Assembly (NCBI GenBank): GCA_964016885.1
Contig: OZ024756.1
Coordinates: 12,152,001 to 12,216,000 of the forward strand
DNA: 64,000 nt
Reading direction: 5' to 3'
Origin: Eledone cirrhosa
Lineage: Eukaryota
Shown: piece after piece, positions 24,990-38,035 of the stretch
Numbering within the stretch: the stretch's first letter is position 1
Layout: each line of letters opens with the position of its first letter
The notes under the pieces: model-generated
The model's database searches: none
What the model was told of the DNA's origin: nothing
Seen by the model: the letters and a program-made list of their open reading frames with translations, nothing else
Translations under genes and position numbers: made by a program

Positions 24990-25800
24990 GTGTATGTTTC
25001 TCTTAATTTCAAGTACATTTTTGACTGGCCACCTTCCTGGTGGCAAGGTTGTAAAAGAAAAGAAATTGTCATCCATTGAATCGCAAGAATGTTTTGCAAA
25101 TTTTGAAAGTGCCAACTATCGCAGCCATTTATAGTCTATGAATTAGGGAGCTGCGTTCTTTGACCACAAATCCAGTCATACTTTGGTCCAAGCCGGTTGG
25201 TATATAATCTGTAGCTCCAATAATGATGGGTATGAAGCTGAAAGTGTATCTTGGATACTGGATCTGCAAATTCCTCATCAATGGTCCATAGATGTCCTCC
25301 TGCTCTTGTATTTTTCTTACAACGTTGACATCAAGTGGGCAGCTGATCTCTACAACGGAGCACGTTTTCAATGTGTGGTATCAAACAACAATATCAGGCC
25401 GGTTGTGCTTTAATTTGGTGGCAGTTTTTATTTTCAGGTTCCACCAGTATTCTTTAGTGCCATCTATCTCAACATATTCCTCCTCATTTGTTTTTAATTT
25501 TGTTTTCCTAAGTGCGCTCCAGATTCTAGCTATCACATCGTGTCTCATAGGGAGGTAGTAGCGAGACGACATTCTTTCGCAGTTGGCAACAATGTTTTAC
25601 AAAGCCTACATTTATTGTCGACTGATGGCCCTCCTCTTTTGTGTAGCAGATATTTGGTAGGGATTTCTTGTTCCTGTATTGCATAGAGATATCCTTCAAG
25701 GTGGGATGTCATAAACTTGTCGGAACTCCATGCCAGGCTTTTTTAATGGTCTATGTTTTTTTATCTTGACAAACTCCTTAATGCTGGTGCCATCATAAAA
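24990..25800 (-). mobile_element. R4/Dong-like non-LTR retrotransposon 3' fragment (RLE domain)
   Basis: RHDVIARI...WWNLKIKTATKLKHNRPDIVV..KTCSVVEISCP...IPIIIGA, with frameshifts. Confidence 0.8.
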
Positions 25801-25971
25801 TGTTCTCAGTAGAATCGTTTGTATTAGGAAGAGCATCCAGTTGTAGGAACCATATCAAAACTAGAAGATATATATATATAAGATGTGGTGTTGGTTTTGT
25901 CTAGGAGGAGAATAGCTTCAATTAACTACTGATGTGATCTGTCCAGCCCATGCCAGCATCGAAATACAGAC

Positions 25972-26665
25972 ATGATGGTGATGGTGGTAGTGTTACTGGT
26001 GGTGGATATGGTGAAGGTGGTGTTGATGGTTGTGATGGTAGTTGTGGTGGTGTTGATGGTTGTGATGGTGGTTCTGTTGTTGTTGTTGTGGTATTGATGG
26101 TAGTTCTATTATGGTGATGGTGGGTGTTGATGGTTGTGATGGTAGTCGTGGTGGTGTTGATGGTTGTGATGGTAGTCGTGGTGGTGTTGATGGTTGTGAT
26201 GGTGGTTCTGTTGTTGTTGTTGTGGTATTGATGGTAGTTCTATTATGGTGATGGTGGGTGTTGATGGTTGTGATGGTAGTCGTGGTGGTGTTCATGGTTG
26301 TGATGGTAGTCGTGGTGGTGTTGATGGTTGTGATGGTGGTTCTGTTGTTGTTGTTGTGGTATTGATGGTAGTTCTATTATGGTGATGGTGGGTGTTGATG
26401 GTTGTGATGGTAGTCGTGGTGGTGTTCATGGTTGTGATGGTAGTCGTGGTGGTGTTGATGGTTGTGATGGTGGTTCTGTTGTTGTTGTTGTGGTATTGAT
26501 GGTAGTTCTATTATGGTGATGGTGGGTGTTGATGGTTGTGATGGTAGTCGTGGTGGTGTTCATGGTTGTGATGGTAGTCGTGGTGGTGTTCATGGTTGTG
26601 ATGGTGGTTCTGTTGTTGTTGTTGTTGTGGTATTGATGGTAGTTCTATTATGGTGATGGTGATAT
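25972..26665. repeat. (GGT/GTT/GAT)n repeat with higher-order periodicity
   Basis: The block GGTATTGATGGTAGTTCTATTATGGTGATGG recurs five times. Confidence 0.92.
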
Positions 26666-28769
26666 TCTGTGGTTGAGTGTTTAAGTTTCTAGACATGTTT
26701 GAAGATCTTTTACTATTTACATTACTCTATATTTACTATTTTCGTATTTCCATAGTAAAGACTTTACCTCACATAATATCAAATCTATGAGATTTTGATA
26801 TTATATATTTTGAGAACAATACATTAATGTCAGTATGAGTGGCCAGTTTGAACAGAAAGAGGTGAGAGAATTCTGGCTGGATATGACCGGTTTAAATGCT
26901 AAAGTGTTAAGCAAGTCACTCCACTCTACCCACCATGATTTTAAGCAAATTAAACCTATTAATTACAAGCTTTCTATCATTAAATTACTGTTCCTCTCTC
27001 CCTCTCTCCCCCCCCCCCTTCCTTGTGTGTATGTGTATTTGTCTGTGTGTGTGTGTGTGTGTGTCATCAGAGAAAGTGTGCGGCTTTGTGGTTAGTGTGT
27101 TTAGCTCACACTCATAAGGTCATGAGTGATTTCCAACAGTGCATTGTGTCCTTGAGCAAGGCACTTTATTTCACATTGCTCCAGTGTTTGTGTGTTGGTG
27201 GGTATATTGTCAGTACATGGCTTAATGGTTAGAGTGTTCATCTCACTGTTGCACGGTCACAAGTTTGATTTCTGGCAGGGTATTGTGTCCTTGAGCAAGA
27301 TACTCTGTTTAACATTGTTTCAGTCAGTTCACCCAGCTGGTAAAACATTAATGGTACATGTAATTCAAAGAACCAGCCATGTCACCACATTGTGTAATGT
27401 TGAATCTCCCGGAGAATTATATTAAGGTTTCATTTGTCTGTGGAATACTCAGCCACTTGCATATTAATTTCACAATCGAACAGTTTCATTGGTTGAATCA
27501 ACTGGATCATCTTTGTTATAAATGGAGGTCCAGCAACTTACGAGATGGGTTGTTATCCCTGCCTTTCTAAAGTTGCTAATGTGTGAATCCTGGTTTTTAG
27601 AATAGGCACACTGTATCTCTGTGGCTTGTAGAAGGTGACAAACTGAAATTGGCACCAGAAAGGGCATCTGGCTGTGAAATATTGGCCCCAAAAGGACCCC
27701 ATTACTAAATATGAAGTCTATTGTGTTGCCTGCAAACCCTATGACTCATTTTATATTTATGATGCGGTCCTCTCTGAAGCAATTCCCTTCCGCACAGTAA
27801 CTCTTTTGGTTACCTCTGATGACAAGCAGGGGAATGGTGTACTAGTTCTTAACTGGATGCACCTAATACATACATTGTCTCTGTTCATATTACATGTCCT
27901 TGAATTATGAGGAAGTTGTTAATGTTATTGATTAATTAGAAGAAAAAGAATAGTGCCCTCATGACACTTTCCAGGACCCCTGAGACTGGAAGGAGAAAGG
28001 TGTGGAAGGGTTGTGCCTATGAGACTATTGGAAGGAAGGGAGACAGCTGTCATCAGATAAGTGACCTGACCCAACAATGTGTGCAACAGAGTGGACTCTA
28101 CTAAAGGCACCTGAGGGTTAATGGGTAGTGTTCAAATTGGTAACAGATTAAGTCTTCTACCTAAAGAATAAACATGGCCATCATCGTTTAGCATCCATTT
28201 TTCCTGCTAGCAAGGGTTGGATATGGCATAACATACTAGTCAGTACTCAAATGGAACCACTGACCTCTAAGTCGACTTAGAGGCCCAACATACAATCCTG
28301 CACTCTGCTGGGTACATTTTATCATCCTACCAACACAGGGCAAGTTGTCATGTCTTTGACACAACTAAAGAGTCTTCCCAACCCTTAGTTTGACAGACTC
28401 CCTATGTCTGGATACCTTTCCAACAATTTTACAGCATGTACTGTGTGTGTTTCCCATGTGAGACCTTGCAACCCTTTGTTTCGCAAGTTTTCTATGGCTG
28501 GATACCCTTTCTATCACCAACCAGTCTACAGAGTGTACTGGGTGCATTTATCATGTACATCACTAACATATATTTTTATACATTGGCAGGCAGCTTGGCA
28601 AGTATGAGGGTCAGTGGAAATTCAGACTTACCTGCGTAGCTATAGGTGTCACTTGCAATTAAATATAACTTGGTAGTTGTCCACACAGTTGTGTGTGCAG
28701 ACAAAGAAGCTTTTTTTGGTCCTCTCACCTCTGATCCAGTAGGGCAACTGGAAGGAAAGAGGGCTGCAC

Positions 28770-29462
28770 TAACACTGGGTAACACTAACTCTGGGTTACA
28801 CCAACACTGTGTTACACCACTTCTGGTTACACCAACACTGGGTTATACCAACAGTGTGTTACACTAACTCTGGGTTACACCAACACTATGTTGCATAGTA
28901 CTGTGTTACACCAACACTGGGTTATACCAACACTGTGTTACACTAACTCTGGGTTACACCAATACTGTGTTACACCAACACTGGATTACACCAGTACTGT
29001 GTTACACCAACAATGTGTTACATTAGTACTGGGTTACACCAACACTGTGCTACACCAGTATTGGGTTACACCAACACTGTGTTACACCAGTACTGTGTTA
29101 CACCAACACTGGGTTACACCAACACTGGGTTACATCAGTACTGTGTTACACCAGTACTGGGTTACACCAACACTGGGTTACATCAGTACTGTGTTACACC
29201 AACACTGGGTTACACCAGTAGTGTGTTACACCAACACTGGGTTATATCAGTACTGTGTTACACCAGTACTGGGTTACACCAACACTGGGTTACATCAGTA
29301 CTGTGTTACACCAACACTGGGTTACACCAGTAGTGTGTTACACCAACACTGGGTTATATCAGTACTGTGTTACACCAGTACTGGGTTACACCAACACTGG
29401 GTTACATCAGTACTGTGTTACACCAACACTGGGTTACATCAGTACTGTGTTACACCAGTACT
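28770..29462. repeat. 16-bp minisatellite
   Basis: Units CTGGGTTACACCAACA / CTGTGTTACACCAGTA; abuts a degraded minus-strand family B SINE at 29460-29560. Confidence 0.93.
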
Positions 29463-29774
29463 TGACTTTATCAACCATGAAAAGCAAATTGTACCTCGGT
29501 GAGATTTGATCTGAGAACACAGAGACCAGAAATATCTGCTGCTCTACCAACTTCACCAAATTGCAGGGTATTAGTAATTAGATCTCTAAATAAATATATA
29601 GAAATATATCTTTATTGATCTAGAGTATTAATTGGCATGATAATTAAGTTTAATTAGTAAAAGTAGATTTAATTCCTAGAACCTATGATCTTTGTATGTG
29701 TGTTTTGTAGCGGAAGTAGGTGGTTATTGTTTTTGCAGCTGTAACTGAGTCCAGTTTGAAGTAGAAGGTAGAAG

Positions 29775-30157
29775 TGATGGTGGAGATGGGCGTGGTGGCG
29801 GCAGAGGTGGTTGTAGTGGTAGTAGTTGGTGGTGGTGGTTGTAGTGGTAGTAGTTGATGGTGGTGGCAGGGGAGGTGGTTGTAGTGGTAGTAGTTGGTGG
29901 TGGTTGTAGTGGTAGTAGTTGATGGTGGTGGTGGTGGTGGCGGAGGTGGTTGTAGTAGTAGGTGGTGGTGGTGGTGGAGGTGGTTGTAGTGGTAGTAGTT
30001 GATGGTGGTGGTGGTAATAGTTGATGGTGGTGGTGGCGGAGGTGGTTGTAGTGGTAGTAGTTGATGGTGGTGGGACTGGAGGTGGTGGAGGTGGTTGCAG
30101 TGGTAGTAGTTGATGGTGGTGGTGGTGACAGTGGCAGTGGTAGTGGTGGTGGGTGGT
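29775..30157. repeat. (GGT/AGT)n low-complexity repeat
   Basis: Direct reading. Confidence 0.93.
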
Positions 30158-30543
30158 AAATGTTAAACATTACTTAAACATTCACTATAAATTTGCTAAA
30201 TAAAATTTTTACTGGTAAATCTGTAATAGAAAGTGTGTGTGTGTGTGTGTGTGTTGACAGACGTGACATATGACAACTTATATCACCACTATCCCCCAGT
30301 CATACAAGCCTGAATAGTGTGGAAGAATACTCTCTGGTGAACCCCAGGTACCAGACTGGAGCATGTCTCAGGGAGAGAGATGCAATAGTCATTCCAACTC
30401 ACGAAGCTCACTCTTGCGAGTGACCAATTTTACTCCAATAAAAATAAGTAGGGAGGTTGTTTGGGGATCAAACTGGGTTGCCTTCACTACAGAGCCCACG
30501 TCTGTACCATTTATATATATATATATTCAAAACAACGAACAAT

Positions 30544-30895
30544 ATGGAGGCACATGGCTTAGTGGTTAGAGCATTGGGCTTGCAATCGAAAGGTTGTGAG
30601 TTCAATTCTCAGACCGGGTGATGTGTTGTTTCCTTGAGCAAGACACTTTATTTCACATTGCTCCAGTTAACTCAGCTGTAGAAATGAGATGATAGGGACT
30701 GGGGTCCCTATCATTCCACTGCAAAGTGGTCGTGGAGGTGCCACGGCAAAAAAGCACCCAGCACTCACTGTAAATGAGGTTGGTGTTAGGAAGGGCATCC
30801 AGCTGTAGAAATCAAGCCAGAATCAGTTCCCGTCCCACCCTTGCAAGCAGGGAAAAGTGGACGTAAAATGAAATGATGATGATGATGATGATGAT
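30544..30895 (+). mobile_element. SINE family A inserted into a PLE remnant
   Basis: Full-length copy with GAACA on both sides (possible TSD). Confidence 0.93.
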
Positions 30896-31204
30896 GAACA
30901 GCGGAGGACGCGTTTCGCACCTTTCCGACAGACAACCTTTCCCCCACCCCGGAAAAAAACCCCAATTGATAGATGTGAATCCGAAATATATAGGGCCAAT
31001 TAAATCTCTCCCAAGGTAACTCTCTCTCGTGTTGTTATTTTTATTTTTATCCTTTATGCTCTTTCCTTCATTCCTCTACACGTCTTATACACGCCACGCA
31101 TCTCAACGTACACCCACTTACATCTCTCTCTCCACCACCGGATCTTGTTACCCGGAGATTTACCCATTTGCATTGTCGAGGCTTCCAAACGACTTAAAGA
31201 AATT

Positions 31205-31235
<31 letters not shown>

Positions 31236-31456
31236 ATGTTGTGTGTATCCTGATTTTAAGAATAGATCCACCATATTCCTGTGTCATATGAGCCAACAAA
31301 GAGGGTTGGTGTCAGAAATCGCATCCAACTGTAAAGCGCTATCTCAAAATGTCTTGGCCAACTTATGCCAGCATGGGAAAGTGGCTGTAAAAATGAAAAT
31401 AATGATGATGATACCTACACATACACACACAAACATATATATATATATAAACATAA

Positions 31457-31571
31457 TCTCTGATGATATGGGATCGATTGTGCATTGGATATCGAATGCT
31501 CTACTAAATATATAATATTATAGATGTAGCGAGATCTAGGCAAATAGATGTCTATTGAAACGTACGTAAGA
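31457..31571 (+). ncRNA. Hammerhead ribozyme candidate
   Basis: TCT-CTGATGA (31460-31466), about 90-nt stem II region, GAAA-CGTACG-TA-AGA, then AATAAA. Lies between (TA)n tracts. Confidence 0.55.
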
Positions 31572-31767
31572 ACCGAATAAATCTCTTTTACTGCATCTTT
31601 CTGTTCTTTTTAATTCTTTATATATATATATAGATATATATTAGAAAATGAGGGTTTTTTTTACAAAATGAAAAAAAAACAAGATGTCCTACACGAGTGA
31701 AAGTATAAGGAAAAAAGATGAAATCGAAAATGCAACTGGAGTTTTTTTTTTAAATATTTATTTGGTT

Positions 31768-31805
31768 CCTTTACCGGTTTCGCAGTTCTTGTGCTTTTCA
31801 AAAGT
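31768..31805 (-). ncRNA. Degenerate minimal hammerhead motif
   Basis: Minus strand CTT-TTGAAAA-GCA/TGC-GAAA-CCGG-TA-AAG, then AATAAA. Core has two mismatches to CUGANGA. Confidence 0.4.
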
Positions 31806-31944
31806 AGAATTGAGATGGAAGGTTTGTGGTCTTTCTCGCATCTGGTTTGTGTTCGAATATTACTACTGTTTTATATGGAAATAGTGGCTCGAAATGCTAG
31901 GTTTTTATATATATATATATATATATATGTATTACATATAATAA

Positions 31945-32135
31945 TAATTGTTTCTACTTTTGGCACAAGGCCAGCAATTACCCAGTGCATTACTGGTACT
32001 TTATTTTATCGACCCCGTAAGGATGAAAGGCAAAGTTAACCTCGGCGGGATTTGAACTCAGAATGGCAAGGGCCGCAACTCTATGCGTCAAAGCATGGCG
32101 TCCAACCCTCTACCGATACTGCCAATCCACCTCCG
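31945..32135 (-). mobile_element. SINE family B
   Basis: Full-length reverse-complement copy. Confidence 0.9.
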
Positions 32136-32384
32136 TAATATAATAATAATGATACTATTTATAGTTATGTGTATATAGTTATGTATATACTATACTATAA
32201 ACAACTATAAACAGGAAAGGTCAGTAATTTATTACTACCTTATTACCAGTAAGAGAAATAGCTCAATGTAAGAAGATCAGGTGTTTTACAGAGCAGGAAT
32301 ACAAAACTATTGTTCACAACATCAATATATGTATATGATTCTTCAGTTGAATAAGAGGTTAATTATATGTACAAACATTGATAA

Positions 32385-32431
32385 TGCTCCGAGGAGTCCA
32401 AACGAAAGTTTGGAAGAAACGATTGTCAGCA
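32385..32431 (+). ncRNA. Hammerhead ribozyme motif with one core substitution
   Basis: TGCT-CCGAGGA-G-TCCAAAC(GAAA)GTTTGGA-A-GAAA-CGATTG-TC-AGCA, then ATAAA. Confidence 0.65.
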
Positions 32432-32472
32432 ATAAAATGATTTGAACATAACTTTGATAATTGTGTAATTTG

Positions 32473-32504
<32 letters not shown>

Positions 32505-32654
32505 GTAATAATAATAAATTTGAAGACTAAAATCCAAAGAGGGCTCGATAAGGATAAATATTTATCAAATATATAAGAACCGTAGAGCAAATATTTATTA
32601 AAATAAGATCCCGTTAAGGGCGATTCTTTGCTTAAACTTTAATCTGTTATTTTA

Positions 32655-32699
<45 letters not shown>

Positions 32700-33050
32700 A
32701 TGGAGGCACATGGCTTAGTGGTTAGAGCATTGGCCTTGCAATCGAAAGGTTGTGAGTTCAATTCCCAGACCGGGTGATGTGTTGTTTCCTTGAGCAAGAC
32801 ACTTTATTTCACATTGCTCCAGTTTACTCAGCTGTAGAAATGAGATGATAGGGACTGGGGTCCCTATAATTCCACTGCAAAGTGGTCGTGGAGGTGCCAC
32901 GGCAAAAAAGCACCCAAAAAAGCACTCACTGTAAATGAGGTTGGTGTTAGGAAGGGCATCCAGCTGTAGAAATCAAGCCAGAATCAGTTCCCGTCCCACC
33001 CTTGCAAGCAGGGAAAAGTGGACGTAAAATGAAATGATGATGATGATGAT
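32700..33050 (+). mobile_element. SINE family A
   Basis: Full-length copy. Confidence 0.93.
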
Positions 33051-33153
33051 ATAATCTATAGAATGTATCCCCTGAAACAACATCTGCTCTTCCCCTCGGT
33101 ATCGTTCCTACTCATTATCTTATTAATTTACTCTACTTCAATAAAGTATTTAA

Positions 33154-33346
33154 CCCCTTACCATTTACATTACTCGATATTTACTGTTGTATTTTAGTGG
33201 TAACGGCTTTATCTCACATAATATCGAGCCTATGAGATTTTGAGAGCCATACCTTAACATCAGTATGAGTGGCCAGTTACGGTTGGTTTGAACAGAAAGA
33301 GGTGAGAGAATTTTGGCCAGATATAGCTGGTTTAAATGCTAAAGGG
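33154..33346. mobile_element. piggyBac-type MITE
   Basis: TTAA-CCCCTT...AAAGGG-TTAA; homologous to 12492-13084 and about 26710-26906. Confidence 0.85.
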
Positions 33347-33555
33347 TTAACCTGAAACATCAGATCTTCCTCCTTCTATACACCATATTTCCCCTGTAAA
33401 CACATCATATTTTTATATTTTCTCAACCGCGTGTCTTATGCTTTTTTCCCTTTTGTTTACTTTGTTTTAACTGTTTGCACCCTTTTCCTTTTGACATCTT
33501 TACATAAAGGTATGTATATATATATATGTATCTGCGTGTATATATGTGTGTGTGC

Positions 33556-33602
<47 letters not shown>

Positions 33603-33946
33603 CGCACACATACATACGCAGATACATATATATATATATTATTTAATATAAGAAGAGATTAAAGTTTAAGCAAAGAATTGCTGCTTTCACTCCTATCACG
33701 ATCTTCTGTAACTATTATTACTATATGTATATATGTAGGTATATATATATATGTATGTATATATATATATATATGTGTATGTGTGTGTATATATATATAT
33801 ATATACATGTGTGTATATATATATATATGTATGTGTGTATATATATATACATGTGTGTATATATATATACATGTGTATATATATATATATGTGTGTGTGT
33901 ATATATATATATGTATGTGTGTATATATGTATGTGTATATATATAC

Positions 33947-34014
<68 letters not shown>

Positions 34015-34789
34015 ATGTGTATATGTATGTGTGTGATTGTGATAGTTCGTTTAAATTTAAAATAACTAAGTACATATATTGATTGAAGTACTCAATACTT
34101 GTAGTAGAGTAAAATTTATTGTACATATTTGGAATGGGTCTTCAAATTTTGACTTCAGCAGCTTATTTAATTAGTCTGCTCAAATAAAGCCATTAGATAT
34201 CAAACTTAAATTTACCTGATATGCATAATTATATATAAATATATGTGTTTATACATGCACCCTGTACACTCTGTCTAATGTGTATAACTGGTGTTTGCAA
34301 CATAACAAAGGTTCTGTGAAAGGTAGTTTTTAGATAAATATAAACACTTTAAAAGAAACATTTTTTAATCATAGAACCAGGGGTGATTTCAAAGGATTTG
34401 GTAATAAAAAAAATTGTATGGAAATAAAGTTAGTCTTTTAATATTTATACAATATTGTGTTGAAGCCATAGTTTCGTATCTATGCTGGTCCATTTAAGGA
34501 TAATTTCTTGATGAAAAAATATTTATTATTGGTAAGTATATTTTGTATTGAGATGGTGATAATATCTTGAATTGCGTGACTGCTAGGAAGTCAATATTCT
34601 TAGATGCCTCACGGGATCACACTATCTTATTATTATTTCAATCCCTCTGAGGTTGACTTTGCCTTTCATCCTTATGGGGTCGATAAAATAAAGTACCAGT
34701 AATGCACTGGGTAATTGCTGGCCTTGTGCCAAAAGTAGAAACCATTATTATTTCAAGTAAATTTGTTTTTAAACAGCGAGTGAATTTCG

Positions 34790-34983
34790 AAATAGAAATA
34801 AAAGTTCTTGCTGTATTTTTGACTAAAGAAATTTTAGCCTGATAGTGGGGCTTAGAACCCTCTTAGAAATGGAAAAAGATGAGTATTGACGTACATCTTT
34901 TTCCAATTCTTCGAGGGTTCTAAACCCCATTATCAGGCTAAAATTTCTTTAGTCAAAAATACGGCGAGAGCTTCTATTTCTAT
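34790..34983. repeat. About 195-bp palindrome (MITE-like)
   Basis: AATAGAAATA...GGAAAAAGATG versus CATCTTTTTCC...TATTTCTATT with a 10-nt spacer. Confidence 0.85.
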
Positions 34984-35003
34984 TATTTCAAATGATTATT
35001 TCA

Positions 35004-35980
35004 TAGGGCGGTGAATTGGCAGTATCGGTAGAGGGCTGGACGCCATGCTTTCTAGCATAGTTACGTTTCTTTACGGTCTGAGTTCAAATCCCGTCGAGGT
35101 TAACTTTGCCTTTCATCCTTACGGGGTCGATAAAATAAAGTACCAGTAATGTACTGGGTTATTGCTGGTCTTGTGCCAAAAGTAGAAACAATTATTTCAT
35201 AGGGTGATGGACTCAGGGCCGTCTTAACACATGGGCACGCTGGGAAGTTGCCCGGGGGCCCCACGAGGATAGGGGGGCCGGCCCATGGTAATCTATGGAT
35301 GTAGCGACTTGCTGTCAATTGATAAATACTATACTATACAGTAAGATCTGCCCGAGGTCCTATAATGCTGTTAAGACGTACCAGGATGGACTGGCAGTAT
35401 TGGTAGAGCGTCGGATAAAATGCTTTGCATGGCATGTCACTCTGTTCCAATTCTGCCAACGTTAGCTTTACCTTAGATGGTCAATAAAATAAAGTACCAA
35501 TAATACACTGGGGTCAATTTAATCGACTTTCCCCTCCCCTAAAATTGTTGGCCTTGTGCTTGAATCAGAAACCATTTTTATTTTGAATTATTATTTCATA
35601 GGGCAGTAGATTGGTAGTATCAGCAGAGCATTACGGCATTTAGTTACATCCCTTTGCCTCTCGTCTGTATGGGTCAATAAAATAAAGTACCAGTAATGCA
35701 CTAGGGTCAATTTAATTGACTTTCACCTCCCCACAAAAATTGTTGGCCTTGTGCCTAAATCAGAAACCATTATTATTATTATTATTTAGGGGGCAGTGGA
35801 TTGGCAGTATCGGTAGACGCCATGCTTTGCAGCATAGAGTTACGGCCCTTTGTAGTCTGAGTTCAAATCTCATCGTGGTTAACTTTGCCTTTCATCTTTA
35901 CAGGGTCGATGAAATAAAGTACCAGTAATGCACTGGGGTAATTGCTGGCCTTGTGCTAAAAGTAGAAACATTTATTATTC
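35004..35980 (+). mobile_element. Tandem cluster of four SINE family B copies
   Basis: Repeated GGG(C/T)..TGGATTGGCAGTATCGGTAGAG heads and AGAAAC(ATT)n tails. More copies at 34640, 36830, 37070, 37276, 38120(-), 39800(-), 45170, 52540, 61165 and 62815. Confidence 0.88.
35214..35384. mobile_element. hAT-type MITE with 8-bp TSD, inserted in a SINE head
   Basis: TSD GATGGACT at 35206-35213 and 35385-35392; TIR CAGGGCCGTCTTAAC / GTTAAGACGTACCAG. Confidence 0.88.
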
Positions 35981-35990
35981 TTGTTATTCC

Positions 35991-36423
35991 TAGTGGTTAG
36001 AGCATTGGCCTTGCAATCGAGAGGTTGTGAGTTCAATTCTCAGACCGGGTGATGTGTTGTTTCCTTGAGCAAGACACTTTATTTCACATTGCTCCAGTTA
36101 ACTCAGCTGTAGAAATGAGATGATAGGGACTGGGGTCCCTATCATTCCACTGCAAAGTGGTCGTGGAGGTGCCACGACAAAAAGAGCACCCAGCCCACAC
36201 TGTAAAGTGGACTGTAAAGTGGACGTGTAGGTGCCGTGGCAAAAAAGCACCCAGCCCACACTGTAAAGTGGACATGTAGGTGCCACGGCAAAAAAGCACC
36301 CAGCACTCACTGTAAATGAGGTTGGTGTTAGGAAGGGCATCCAGCTGTAGAAATCAAGCCAGAATCAGTTCCCGTTCCAACCCCTTGCAAGCAGGGAAAA
36401 AGCAGACGTAAAATGATGATGAT
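35991..36423 (+). mobile_element. SINE family A with triplicated 49-nt module
   Basis: The GTGCCACGGC-AAAAAA-GCACCCAGCCCACACTGTAAAGTGG module occurs three times. Confidence 0.92.
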
Positions 36424-37483
36424 TCCAAACACGTGGGAAGGGAGTGTGTTGACAGAATCACTAGGGTGTGTTTGATAGGGAAACATCAATTCAAAATTGG
36501 TAACATTTGGAACTTGAAACACCCGTGTCATGACAGTAAAATCTGTTGTTCTGGTTAGTATAGTTAGTGTGTAGGTATTATTAACAACAGCAGTAGTTTC
36601 AGACGAGGTTAATGTGACCCAATCTATTAATGCAGATCGTAGAAAACTCATGCATAAAAATGACAATTCTGTTATTGTTAATTTAAACATTATACATATT
36701 TTATTACAAAGCAGATTTTATGGCAGCAAAAATGTTTTTCTTTTTGATTATTTATTTATCTTTTTATTAATTATAATTTGCATGAATTCTACAAACTCAA
36801 TATTGTGGAAAATGATGAGAGCATAGAGCCTGGTGCTACGTGTTTTGGTTGTGTGAAATCTGGGTTCAAATCCTGCTACACTCAACTTTTGCCTTTCATC
36901 CCTCTGGGATTGGTAAAATAAAGTAACAGTCCAGTGGAGTGGAGTGGAGGGGGTTGGTACTTTATTTTAAAGGACTGGTGTGGGGCGGTAGTAAATTATA
37001 TTTTAGTCATTAAAAAAACAAACAAAGAATTTTTTTTTTTTTTTCATTTTATTATTTAACCATTTCTATGGTGGTGGGTTTGCAGTAATCGGTAGAGCAT
37101 CAGACGCAATGCTTTGTAGCATAGAGTTAAGGCCCTTTGCATTCAGAATTCAAATTCCACTAAGGTTATCTTTGCCTTTCATCCTTACAGGGTCGATAAA
37201 ATAAAGTACCAGTAATGTACTAGGTATTTGCTGGCCTTGTGCCAAAAGTAGAAACAATTATTTTAACTATTTCAAGGGCAGTGGATTGGAAGAATCAGTA
37301 GAGCATCTGGTGAAATGCAGTATTTTGTTAGAGTTCTATACATTCTGGTTTCAAATCCCACTGAGGCTAACTTTGGTTTTCATCCTTTCGATTGGATCAA
37401 TACATAATGACTGTGGCATCTGAGAACATTGGATGTCTGGGAGTGTCTGTTCTGGCTTTGTACTTTCTAAGTTCAAATTCTCC

Positions 37484-38035
37484 TTTTTATCATTGGAAAT
37501 ATGGGGTGATATGTTACACTACACCCCCACACTGTCCTTATACAAGTCCAACCAAACCTATGTGCCATAACAACCTTTTATCATTGGAAATATGGGGTGA
37601 TATGTTACACTACTCCCCCACGCTGTCTTTATAGAAGTCCAACCAAACCTATGTGCCATAACAACCTTTTATCATTGGAAATATGGGGTGATATGCTACA
37701 CTACACCCCCACACTGTCTTTATAGAAGTCCAACCAAACCTATGTGCCATAACAACTTTTTATCATTGGAAATATGGGGTGATATGTTACACTACTCCCC
37801 CACGCTGTCTTTATAGAAGTCCAACCAAACCTATGTGCCATAACAACTTTTTATCATTGGAAATATGGGGTGATATGTTACACTACTCCCCCCACACTGT
37901 CTTTATAGAAGTCCAACCAAACCTATGTGCCATAACAACTTTTTATCATTGGAAATATGGGGTGATATGTTACACTACTCCCCCTCCCCCACTGTCTTTA
38001 TAGAAGTCCAACCAAACCTATGTGCCATAACAACA
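37484..38035 (+). repeat. About 91-bp tandem repeat x6
   Basis: TCATTGGAAATATGGGGTGATATG recurs at about 91-bp spacing. Confidence 0.95.

Noticed and set aside
30544-30620. tRNA gene
   Set aside because: tRNA-like SINE head; the acceptor and anticodon stems do not pair properly and it continues into the SINE body.
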